Positions 40,340 to 52,371 of a stretch of 64,000 nt of DNA are shown here, one piece after another. A program made the position numbers and the translations under genes. The DNA is from Marsupella aquatica (Eukaryota > Plantae > Marchantiophyta): positions 28,215,145 through 28,279,144 of the forward strand of contig OZ316891.1 of assembly GCA_973895155.1 (NCBI GenBank), written 5' to 3'. Under the pieces are notes generated by a model that was not told the origin of the DNA, did not search any database, and was given only the letters and a program-made list of their open reading frames with translations. How positions within the stretch are numbered: the stretch's first letter is position 1; every line of letters starts with the position of its first letter.

Positions 40340-41615
40340 CTTTTGGACTCCAGATGATCAATAGCCTCCAAGTGCTAATAGTTTTCAGGACTCTAAAATC
40401 AGAGTAAGGACAAGAGGCTCGAGATGATCTAGAGCCTCCATGTACTTCAATTTTTTGCACTCTAAAACCAAAGTCAAGACAAGAAGCTCGAGATGAGCTA
40501 GAGCCTCCAAGCGCTTTCAATTTTTAGCACTCTAAAACCAAAGTTAGGACAAGAGGCTTGAGATGATCAAGAGCCTTCAGGCGCTTCAATTTCCACAGTC
40601 TAAAACCAAAGTCAAGACAAGCTAAGAGTCTCGAGACTATCTAGAGCCTCCGAGCACTTGAAGTTTTTGGACTCTAAAACAGAAGTCAAGACAAGAGACT
40701 CGAGATGATCTAGAGCCTTAGACTGTTTCAATTTTTTGCACTCTAAAACCGAAGTCAAGACAAGAGGCTTAAGATGATCTTGAGTCTCCAAGCAGTTTTC
40801 AACATTGTAAAACAAAACTAAGGACAAAAGGCTCAAGATGATCTAGAGCCTCCGAGCGCTTCAACTTTTTGCACTCTAAAACCAAAGTCAGGACAAGAGG
40901 CTCGAGATGATCTAGAGCCTCCAAGAAGTTTTCTACACTGTGAACCAAACTAAGGGCAAGAGGCTCGAGATGATCTGAGCCTCCAAGAAGTTTTCTACAC
41001 TGTAAACAAAACTAAGGACAAGAGGCTCAAGATGATCTAGAGCCTCCAAGAAATTTTCTACATTGTAAAACCAAACTAAGGACAAGAGGCTCAAGATGAT
41101 CTAGAGAGCCTCCTGGAAGCACTTCAATTTTGTGCACTCTAAAACCAAAGTCAAGACAAGAGGCTCGAGATGATCTAGAGCCTCCGAGTGCTTGAAGTTT
41201 TTGGACTCTAAAACCAAAGTCAAGACAATAGGCTGGAGATGATCTAGAGCCTCCGAGCACTTTAATTTTCTGCACTCTAAAATAAAAGGCAGAACAAGAG
41301 GCTGAAGGTGATCTAGAGCCTCCAAGTGCTTCAATTTTCTACATTATAAAAGCAAAGTCAAGACAAGAGGCTTGAGATGATCTAGAGTCTTCAAGCACTT
41401 CAATTTTCTACCCTATGAATTGAAACCAAAGTCAAGACAAGAGGCTTGAGATGATCTAGAGCCTCCAAGCACTTCAATTTTTGCACTCTGAAACCAAAAT
41501 CAAGACATGCAAGAGGCTCGAGATAATCTAGAGCCTCCAAGTGCTTCAATATTCTACACTATAAAACCAAAGTCAAGACAAGAAGCTCAAGATGATCTAG
41601 AGTCTCCTAGTGCTC
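40340..41615. repeat. Tandem array, ~69-bp unit (~18-19 copies) with a palindromic core
   Basis: Unit ctctaaaaccaaagtcaagacaaGAGGCTCGAGATGATCTAGAGCCTCcaagcacttcaattttttgca. Confidence 0.92.
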
Positions 41616-42459
41616 CGAGTGGACATCGCAACAAGCAATTGATGGATGACATGTGGTCGATCATGAGTGGTGACAACTGATTCGACTCCGATCTTGACCC
41701 TATAGTCTAGCACTAAAACCATGTGGCTACCATATTGATCTCGAGGCTAGCCCACAGATCTCGACCCAAGCTAAAACTAAGATCTTGAGGCTAGCACATA
41801 GATCTCGACCCAAGCTAAAACTAAGATCTAGAGGCTACAACCAAGATCTCAAAGCAAGAGCAAGAAGTGAGGAGCTCTTGCAAGAAAGAGGAAAGATAAA
41901 AAGGCAAATGAGGAATTCAAATCTCCTCAACGCACTATATGTCATGTCCAAAGGCAGCACTAGGTAGATACAAGTATGAGAGAGGCATAAGTGTGTCAGG
42001 TATGATAAAGCATTTAATGCAACCCGTATGCCCTTGGTGTGCAGTTAAAGCAATCCGTACACAAATCCATACGCAGATTGTTGGGCCCTCTCGTGAGTCA
42101 GTCGGTGGCATATAATCCTTTGTTCCCAGTTGCGAGGATCATTTTACTAGTTTCATTTTTGTTGTCATGTTGTTCTCTGTTCCTCTTGCTCTTCCTCTCG
42201 CTCTCCCTCTCTCCAAGTCTCTTGAGCTCCTCCTTGCTAATATTTCTATTGGTCTGAGCTTTGGTTAAGGATAGATCAGGCCAGGTTTGGGGGCAGAAAA
42301 CCCTAAACCCATAACCCTACCAATTTCTGTAGCAATTATCTAGTTTACCTCTAGCTAGATAATCTAGAGCCAAGAGTTTATTGTAGCTTTGGCAAGGGTT
42401 TGTTTAGGGTGAGGGATGCATTCGTAGTGATCTTTGTGGTAGTTAGAGTCCCCATTTCA

Positions 42460-43150
42460 CTTCGAGATCATCTAGAGCCAACAATTGTGTAAGCTTTGGA
42501 TACATATTTCTTGATAGTGAAGCATCTTCACAACGGTTTCCTTGGAAGCTTAGGGACCTTTATTTTGCCTCGAGATCATCTAGAGCCAACAATTGTGTAA
42601 GCTTTAAATACATTTTTTTGATAGTGAAGCATCTTCACAACGGTTTTCTTTGAAGTTAGAGGCCCATGTGTTACAGGCTCGAGATCATCTAGAGCCAACA
42701 ATTGTGTAAGCTTTGAATACATATTTCTTGATAGTGAAACATCTTTACATTGGTTTCCTTGGAAGTTTAGGGGCCTTCATTTTGCCTTGCGTGAGATCAT
42801 CTAGAGCCAACAATTGTGTAAGCTTTGGATACGTATTTCTTGATAGTGAAACATCTTCAGAGCAGTTTCCTTGGAAATTTAGGGGCCTTGATTTTACCTC
42901 GAGATCATCTAGAGCCAACAATTGTGTAAGCTTTGGATACATATTTCTTGATAGTGAAGCATCTTCACAACCGTTTCCTTGGAAGCTTAGAGGCCTTTAT
43001 TTTACCTCGAGATCATCTAGAGCCAACAATTGTGTAAGCTTTGGATATATATTTCTTGATAGTGAAGCATCTTTAGAGCACTTTCCGTGGAAATTTAGGG
43101 GCCTTGATTTTACCTCAAGATCATCTAGAGCCAACAATTGTATAAGCTTT
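42460..43150. repeat. Tandem array, ~109-bp unit (~6.5 copies)
   Basis: ctcgagatcatctagagccaacaattgtgtaagctttg... recurs about every 109 bp. The core reappears at ~56632, after the inner element. Confidence 0.9.
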
Positions 43151-43728
43151 TCATTGGGGTCTCTTGATGATTTTTGAGAAATTGCTATATAATGATTTTT
43201 TGAGGCAATTACAAGTCTCAATTTTCCTTCAAGATCAACTATAGCTAACAACTTATTTTACATTTGTGTAAGGATCACAGTATTCATTAAAACTGGAAAT
43301 TTAAAAGTCCAGATTGTGATCCTCAAATTTACATTCGTGTCTCTAAAAAGTCCATTAATTTTGCTCCAAATAAACAATTTTTCAAGACTAAATATACACT
43401 CTTTTTGGTTTAAAATTACACTTTTGCACTCCAAATTTGATTTTAATCAATTAATCATAATACAGAAAATATTAATATTAATTGTATTTGAAATTAAATA
43501 GATAAGTGACAAACATGTATCATTTGGTCAAAAACTCATGATTAAATTCAAAGTGAGATTAATCATCTCATTTATCATAACATAAATTCAAGGTTGGCTA
43601 GCCATAATGTCGATCCTACTCCAATGGTCAAGCTAGTGTAAAGTCCAAAGTAGTTCTATGACCTGTGAAATAGAAAAATGATTGCATGACTCCAATCTTG
43701 TGTCCTACAATGTACAGAAACATAATGA

Positions 43729-45845
43729 TTAATCATCTAAAGTTTCAAATTCTATGCCTCCATGAATATGTCTACATGACTGATTTGAACAAGTGAGTCG
43801 CTCTCCATTTGGGTCATATAGTCTGTCACGAGTGCAAGTGTCTTTGGGATAACGGTTTTTAAACTTAGAGGTGAGATCCCTAGTCTTTAGAACTTCCCAG
43901 ACAAATCGGCGAGGATTTTCTCTGAAGGGACCTGCATAAGACTCGCCCAAACAGTTGTTGACCACATCTTTCATATCATCTTCGGTCAGGTTCTCAAATG
44001 TAGGGTAGCATTGTACCATATCCCTCACTTCCCAACATATCTCATCTCTAGTGACATCCAAGATGGTATACTCAATCTTGGAACGCCAAATCTTACTTCC
44101 CCACTTATGGGAAAGTAAAGCATAGATTGCAGCATTACTTTCACGGTCATCATTTATATTAACAAATGACCAAAGTGGATTGTTGACAAATATATATTGT
44201 CGGATGTCATAAGCCTTCCACAATTTTCTAAGGAATGGCCAAAGTATCTCTGGTAGAAAAGTGTCACTCTCGGCAATGTGTGAGAAGGGAGTTGGGAACA
44301 AACCACTATACTGTGGATTTGCAAAAGCCTTCACTAGAGAGTCATCAATAAGTAGAGTGTTTGTATCATCATACTTGTCTCCAAAACGACTCCACACCCC
44401 TGGGCCCTCACTCTTACTATATTAAGTGAACCCCCCTGAGAACAAACACCCCCCTGTACCCCTTCTTAATATTTTTGTTCACAAAAAAAATCCCATTGTT
44501 AATGTAAAAATATTAACTTTTCCTATTAAATTTTATCCTTTTGTAAATTATAATAGAGTTTTTCAAGGAATTGAAAACACCCTTGAATTTTTAGAATTAC
44601 AAATATCATATTGAAATAGATAAAACTTTATCTTTCATAGGGGACTTGTATGTTATGCTCGATCTTCAAGGTACATATTTTATATATAGATAAATAAAAT
44701 TAGTACGAGAGAAAATTATAGTTCTTCCTATAGTTTACACATAGCCATGCACTCTTGTCTTAGTGTTCGCAAAAGTGCCTCTAAACTTCTAGTTTCATAA
44801 GTACTATATATGTATAATCCAGGAATAATACTCCAAAGTCTGAACCAACTATAACAAACATTGTTGAGCGCCTGAGACCCCTCCCTCAACACACAAACGC
44901 ATCTGGCCTCATACCTGGTTGTTTGATTCAAGGGAATTCAAAAGTAATCTTGTCCTTCCATGTGGGATTGATCCATGGATCCCCATCAATCCTAGTTTCC
45001 CAACCAAGTTAGGCCCAAAGATTCTAGCCCAACATTTACTCAACTCCCCAGTTAACTCCTAAACATGCGGGTAAACATGTCTACCCAAACCCATTTGTTC
45101 CACCATAAGGGGACCAACGAAACCAAACTTGCCTTAAGACAATAAATAATTAAATGTTTGATTTACTATATGGACACGTGTGCAAATAAAGTGATGACAT
45201 GTGTGCCAACCATATAGTGACGCGTGTACTTGGCATTTTGGGTACCCTTGCATAAGATTTATGTCACATGTATTGATAAGAGTCTTATTACTAATATTGT
45301 GGCGAATGTATATAGAGGGATGTTGCCTACTTTAAAAACTATTATAAAAATTAGTTTGCATTACATTAAAAATACCCTTGCGTTGTTCGCACGTCCTCCC
45401 TGTATTAGTAACACTAAGGGCCCAGGGCTCCACACCACACGCAAATCCTTCAACATAATATTTGCTTTCCCATCTGCTACGTTCGGTCTTTTTATGCCAG
45501 TATCAAAAGCATCTTCTTGTGTGAAAACAAATTTAAATTGCCTCCGCTCCTCTTCTTTGAAAATCAAATTCATCATTTCATTAGTTCTTGGCCTCCCCGC
45601 ACAAGTCCACAATGCGACATCAAAACCTTTGAAAGCCACCTCCAAAAATTGGTGCAACCCTGGCCTTTCCACGTACATGAAATTGAATCCACCCCGTCTC
45701 CCCCAATGCACACCCCGCACAGTTGTTGTAGATCTTAACGGTCCCGAGCTTTTTGTTTTGATGCAATCCCAACAAATTTTGTTCAGGTCCAAAATCAAGA
45801 GTTTTCTTCTTATATCAGAGTGCAATTTAGGAGTGAAATCTGCAA
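43729..45845 (-). pseudogene. FCP1/NIF-like HAD phosphatase domain, split by a MITE
   Basis: KLLILDLN...YVERPGLHQFLEVAFKGFDVALWT...FVFTQE...MLKDLRVVWS | RFGDKYDDTNTLLIDDSLVKAFANP; the two parts are contiguous after removing 44398-45427 and one TSD. Confidence 0.8.
44398..45427. mobile_element. Non-autonomous TIR element (1,030 bp, 8-bp TSD, hAT-like)
   Basis: 11-bp TIR CCCTGGGCCCT. TSD CTCCACAC at 44390-44397 and 45428-45435. Confidence 0.88.
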
Positions 45846-46153
45846 AGATCCAAATGAATCAAAATTATATCTAAAAAGATATAAAAGAAGAACTTAGGGT
45901 CGAACCTGGATCGACCCGACCTAATGGGGAAAACAAACATATCATTTTTGAATGTCAAAGCATTTTGATATATCAATGTAGAACTACCTTGCTCAAATGC
46001 TTTGTCTTGGACCAGGGTACCGCTTGCTGAAGGTAGACCAATAATATCCTTCGATGGAAGAGATGCTATGACAAAACTTTGGTCTGTCCATATATGATTT
46101 CCAAACATAATATTTTAGATTATTGTGAAAAATAGAAGAACGAAACCATAATA

Positions 46154-49100
46154 TTAACCTCCACTACTAAATGACCCATATTCATCTATCATTTTATCAC
46201 CTAGATCACTTTGGATATCAGAATTGACGCCAACAGGAAGCTGCTCCACCAACGTTGGCGACGCAAACACTGGACTCAATCTCAATTTGTCTATTATGTA
46301 ATCAGGTTTGACCATTAACTTAGGCGCATCCTCCAACGTTTCTTTCAATCCAACTTTAGGTTCATTTCTCCAAATGAAATGAGTTGCATGACGGACTGTC
46401 TTCATATATCCTGTTCTACCTATCTCAGATCCAGACTTTTGAGACAAGCGTAATATTATGGGGCTTCCGCTTGACATCCTTGTGAAGACCAATTTATTCC
46501 CTGACGAACAAAATTGAGGAGACTCGGAACAAGTTGAAGCACCTGCCTCTTCAGCTTCAACATTTGTTGTCTCTCCAAGTGGAAGGTTGTCTTCGATCGC
46601 TTGTGCAATACCAACTTGTATGTCCATGGTGGGTGTAGTGGCCCCAATATTCTGCCAACCTGCATCCAATGTGCACGATACCTGTGGTCTCTCGGGATGC
46701 AATTTTGATACTTCAGGGTTGAGAGGATTTGCTGGAGGGTCGCCCTCAGGGCAACCCGACATCACTATGTCGAGTTGAGGTAGCCCTTCAACACCGTAGG
46801 TAGTAATGCCAACCATTTCTGTTGCTCGAGCATCCCAATTTCTGCCAAAATCCTCCTCTACCATAGGACTTGAACCTCCATCATCATGCTGCAACTCACC
46901 ATCCTCAAGGTCAACTCGCTGAGGGCCCGGTTGGGGGTTGTCCATAGGCCCGCAAAGAACACTTAGATGAGCTCTACTAGGACCATGTACTCCCATCCGC
47001 TCTTTCATAAGGGAGGGAATCCTGTTGCACAAAACCCTTGCATATGCTTGGGTGAAATGGTGTTCTTGCAAAGTGTCTGAATAGACAAAACAATCTCGGT
47101 ATGCCAACAAGGCCACCTTCAAAACCTGCCCTCCTGAAAAAAATCGAGGACAGTTTCCCCCTCACCGGAAAAACACAATAATATTTTTGAGCATGTGTCG
47201 GGGCTTGGCATGCGGATTGACAAATCCTCCTTGACTTCCGACCATCTCAAACATTGGAGCTTGCCGCAATAAATCTGCCATATCAAATGCGAGAGACTGC
47301 TCCTCTGTCTCATTCTCTTTTCCCTTGTTTTTCTCTTGCTTGTCAGCCTTCACTTCAATATTGAAATCACAGTCAACATCGGGGTGAAAACTAAATTTTG
47401 AATTGAACTCTGGCTTAAACAATTGATTCCAATCAAAATTGTCTTCACCTGTAATTCCAGCAAAAATGACCTGCTCAATAGCTCCTGTAAAAATTAAGCC
47501 CTACGGATTTGGGCGATCTTCCCGATCATAACTCCCGTATTCAACATGGATGGCCAAACGCTTTTCATGTCCTAATTTCCTTAGTGCACTTAAGATGTTG
47601 GCTGGAAGTGGCCCTGGTTGAGTAGTCATGACAACTACAATGGTTGTATTCCTTGGCAACTCCACAATATATTGGAGCAATACAAAAATTTCCGAATCTG
47701 TCCATTCATGTTGTCGTGCCCTACTAAAATCAACAATTGCAAGTGGACACATTGGCGTCGCCTCTTCCAATAACTCTGGCGTGGTTGTCTTCATTAGATT
47801 CTCACTGAAGAACGTCAAGAAAGGCTCTGTTCGTGTGCGCCCAACTCCACCAAATTGTTTGCAGTACAACCCGTCTAATCTCACCATTAGACTTTGAGGG
47901 AAAGCCTCCTTCACAATGTTCTTGCTTAATAAACTGCTAAGGTAGACCTCCCCAGCTGCTCTTCGCAATTTTGTCAACTCAAGTTGAGATCCCAAGGCCG
48001 GCATTATGTTGACCACCGAAGCCCACGATGTCCCCCCGGGAAACTTCTCCTTGTGCTTCTCAACAAAGTACTCAACAATGACTTGCTTCAATTTAGTCAT
48101 TACCTTGATGGTATGAGCCATATCTGGCATTGACACCAGATCCATCTTGTTGGAGGCATCTTTCTTGAGAAGTGCTTTCTTCTCATAAACCGCGGTCAAT
48201 ATATCAATGATATCCTTAGAACTGATCTCCCCTTCAAAACATCTAAAAAGAGTTGGCGTGACCAACTTTAGTGGCCGCGGCCCACCATACTCTCCTGCCC
48301 CGCCAGGGAGCTTCCCTGCCAACCAATCCCAACAAATAGTTTGCCATAAATGGAAAAGCTTATCCTCAGCAAAGAGCAACCAAAAAATGGCTTTCAGGCT
48401 TGACTTTCCCATTGTTATCTTTGCGAGGGCAAACCAATCCTGCATTTACATTCATCCACCAAAAAACATGTTAGATGTTTAAACTTAGAAACTTCAACTT
48501 CTCTGCCTCGCCCCTAGAGCAAGGCGAAGAAAATGACAAAGCCTTATGAAAATGGTTGGGGCAATCATTGTATTCATAGTTCAATTTCGTTTGGGTCACT
48601 CCAAGAGCGAGGCAAAATTAAACTACAGTTCCAACTAATGAAAATGTTTACCTGGTATTTCTGGTTGTCTGTACTTTGGTTTGTTCCAATTCCTGGACGC
48701 GGTGGTTTCCCACATTCATCAAATTGCCTTCTTGCATGAACAACTATCTCTAGAAAACAAGACTTAAACTGCATGGTCTGGTTTACTGCATTTGAAAGGC
48801 TCGAGTGCTCGACCAAAATTGCCCTTGGAGTGAGGTCTGATAAGATCCTCGCTTTCCGATATTGGAGTTTGCTAGCAAGATCAGTTAGCTTGGCATCCTT
48901 GTCTGCCCACCCTTAAATCCATTGTGCAGCCTTTGCGGAATGTTGCCCACTGATTGCAAGAAATTGTATCTCTTGCTTCTTAACACCAAACAAAAACTAC
49001 TTCCGATCGCGTGCGGTATTGTCAAAATGTAACAACTGCTTAGTGCGCTCTAGAAATGGAATCAAATTTGCAACATGTGGTTCCTAGCCAGGGTTTTTCA

Positions 49101-50786
49101 TCATTGATTTTGCTATCTCTAAGGCATGAGCCTGGTTGAACATCCGATACACAAAAACTACAATAGGCGGAAGAATACTTTTAACCGGGATTTCAAAAAC
49201 CTCCCTGATTCCAAAAGTGTAGTATTGCTCGATGTTCCGCAAAGCTTTCTGCCCCTCCAATACATCTCGTTCCTCTGGTGCATCTGTTGGGCATGTATCA
49301 TCCTCCGGGTCCAAGGCCAACCTTGCTTTTGACGCTGACACGGGCTTTGATTTTCCAATCTTGGCCTTCTTCTTGGGCTTCTTGTCGGAGTCCTTATCTT
49401 TCTTCTTCAACGCTGCCTTTTTTCCTCTAGTACTTCCTTCACTCCTTGGCTCTCTTTGTTTTCTCTTCTTCTGTGTTTCAGCCGGCGTCATTTCTTTGGC
49501 CTTCATCTTCATCTTCCCCTTACCTCGATGCTTTTCTTCCTTCTTCTTTTGAGTTGAAATCCACTTCATGCAAGCATCTTCGTCAAACTCATCAGAGAAA
49601 ATAAAACTCTTATCAATTGCTTGCTCATATGAAAAGCGTGCTGTTTCAATCATCCTCTGGACAACCCATGTTAGGAAGATCTATAAGGTCCGGATGATCA
49701 TGCATGTACCGCTTCACAGAGAGGAATCCAAAGACAACATCAACCCCACTCAATTTGAATCTTCCATGCCTCTCAAGAACATCCTCTGTAGTGAACCCAT
49801 CTGGAAGAAATCCCATTGAACAAATACTAGCCTCCGAGCGTGCTATCCACTCCAAGTTGATAATTGACGAGTACATCTTGATTGGCAAGTAAAGTCTCAT
49901 CCACTGAGATCTTTCTCTGGATTCAATAATGATTGTAACATTGCGGTTATCACTACAATTTACAAGGACCACAGGGCCCAACGCAACTATCTTCTTGTCG
50001 TTCATTGTCTCAGCAGTGATTGCCTTGATACAAATCATTGACAAGTCATTCTCCATGATCCCTACTTCAAGTGCCCACAAAAATCCTGCCTTATCTTGTC
50101 CAGGGAAAATAAAGTCCTTGACATCCTCGGCCATAATATTTAACTCTGGGGATCCAAGTTGTTCTCTTGGCAAAACAAATTGAAACGACAAACATTAAAG
50201 CAAGAGATCTTCTGTGTCGCCTCGCCCCTAGAGCGAGCTGGAGACAAGGTCTGCATCAACAAACATGTGGGTTGGGTCGCTCCTGGAGCGACCCTAGGAA
50301 AACTTAAATCAAGGTCCAACCAACAACAAATTTGGGTCGCTCCTGGAGCGACCCTAGGAAAACTTAAATCAAGGTCCAACCAACAACAAATTTGGGTCGC
50401 TCCTGGAGCGACTCTAGGAAAACTTAAATCAAGGTCCAACCAACAATAAAGTTGGGTCGCTCCAGGAGCGACCCTAGGAAAACTTAAATCAAGGTCCAAC
50501 CAATAACAAAGTTGGGTCGCTCTTGGAGCGACCCACGACAAATCTTAGGCAAGATAGGGTCGCTCTAAGAGCGACCCTTCAAAGACTAACTTGCATCAAT
50601 TTTTGAATCATACTTACGTGGAACTGTGATATGAAATCCCTTTGAGGCGGCCAAAGCGGATTCCACCGACATCTTTAGTAAAGTGTCTTGAGAATCATAC
50701 TCAAAGATTTTACTAGAATCAAAGTTCAGGGACTACCCAGAACTAGAAGTGCTAGTAGAATCATCAGAACTAGAGGAAGTGGCCAT
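46154..50786 (-). pseudogene. Accessory gene: unknown N-terminal domain, Lys-rich linker, ParB-like domain and beta-class N4/N6 DNA methyltransferase-like region
   Basis: ATG at 50786 with a GTAAGT donor at 50617. ParB-like VFEIPVKSI...FLAISGQHSAKAA...EHSSLSN at ~48780-49210 (read through stops). After correcting two frameshifts, 47075-47220 gives NPHAKPRHMLKNIIxCFSGEGETVLDFFSGGQVLKVALLAYRDCFVYSD, matching amino-MTase motifs X and I. Confidence 0.62.
50274..50577. repeat. 60-bp tandem repeat (5 copies plus a partial) with a perfect 21-bp palindrome
   Basis: GGGTCGCTCC-T-GGAGCGACCC followed by taggaaaacttaaatcaaggtccaaccaacaacaaattt. Confidence 0.92.
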
Positions 50787-51869
50787 TGAAAAATGCCTCA
50801 CAAACATTTAGATGACACATGGCAGCCTAGTATACGAGAACGCCTATAGCTAGACCACACCACGGAGCGAGGCTACAGAGCGAGGAAAAAAATCTACTAT
50901 GAGCAAGGAAAAATCAACAGAGCGAGGCAAGAAAATCTACTATGAGCGAGGCAAGAAGGAGGAGGGAAACCAGGGCAGCCGGGCAAGAAGACAATGAAGG
51001 AGGAGATGGATGCAAGAAGACAATGAGGCAAACGAGGTAATGTCTTTGCCTTTTGCCTTCCTATACCCTCACTGCCATGGTCGATCCTACCTGCGACCCC
51101 CAGCCACGGCCGATCGTACCTTCAACGCCCAGCCATGGCCGATCGTACGCGACCTTACGCAACCCAGCCACTTGCTCCCTTCCACGCGCCTGTGAACTCG
51201 CAACCCTCATAATGACCTAGCTGTACGGGTATCCATAGATTTTGAAAAATGATGCACGGTCGTACGGGTGTCCACAGAATGCCGATCAGAGTAATCAGAC
51301 TTTCAGCCGCTCGATGTTGTGAACCCCTTCAAGACAAACTTGGCTAAAGTTTGCTCACAAATGGTATAAAGCTCTACAGTTCCAATCATTTCTCTCTTTT
51401 GTATGGCGCGTGCGTTTCTGGTCATTGCTCACTCTCGGTCTCGCCCTTCGGCCCTTGTCTATCTTGCTTCTGTTCGGTGACTGATTCGACTGACTTGGAC
51501 ATTTATGGTTACAAGAGTTCGTGCAAGGAAAGTCCTGTTTCAAGTACATTGCATTAGTTTTGGTGTCCTTGGTTGGCGACACGTCTTCTACAGTCCTTAA
51601 GAGAGGTATTACTTCATCTACCATTCTCTTAATTTCTTCTCTATGATATCCACCAAATATTTGGCCCTAGCTTTATCTTAATATATGGACCAAACTAAGC
51701 CCTAGATAATGTAGGGTTCCTAACGACACACTCGTCTACCCACACGTCTACACACTTCAATGGTCTAATTCAGCTTAATCATTCCCATTATTTATTCATT
51801 TCCATATTTTCTCTTTTCCTTCACAATTCTTGCTTCTCCAGGAGTGTGCTCGTCTTTTCTTGCTCTCCC

Positions 51870-52195
51870 CTTGCCTCGCTCCAAGAGCGTCATGCCCTTG
51901 CCTCGCTCCAAGAGCGTCATACACTTACCTTTCATCAGGAGCATCCTGCCCTTTCTTTTCTCCAAGGGCATCCGCTCTCCATTGCCTCGCCCCTAGAGCG
52001 ACCCTCCTTCACCTTGCCCCTAGAGCGTCTCTCCATCGCCTCCCCCCTAGAGTGACCCTCATTCACCACGCCCCTAGAGCGTCCCTCCATTGCCTCACCT
52101 CTAGAGCGGCCCTCCATCGCCTCACCCCTAGAGCGACCCTCCATCGCCTCGCCCCTAGAGCGTCGCAACCTTGCCTCGCTCCAAGAGCGTCCCTG
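51870..52195. repeat. Short tandem repeats (~27-29 bp) with core CTCGCCCCTAGAGCG
   Basis: About 11 degenerate copies upstream of the transposase ATG. Confidence 0.85.
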
Positions 52196-52371
52196 ACCTT
52201 AGAATCCTGTTGTGTAAAGCCAATACACATAAACTCCCAAATATTTTTTTCCTTTAAATAGAATTCAAATGTTTAGATCTAAAATTGTAATATCTAGAGT
52301 AGTGCTTATCAGTATGCACATCAGCTGAACAATTTTTAAATGTTTTTGGATGCAGAGATCCTTTCGCTACC

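Noticed and set aside
40340-43150. CRISPR array (palindromic repeats at regular spacing; also 50274-50577 and 27045-27812)
   Set aside because: The intervening sequences are themselves repeated rather than unique spacers, there are no cas genes, and the context is a eukaryotic TE.
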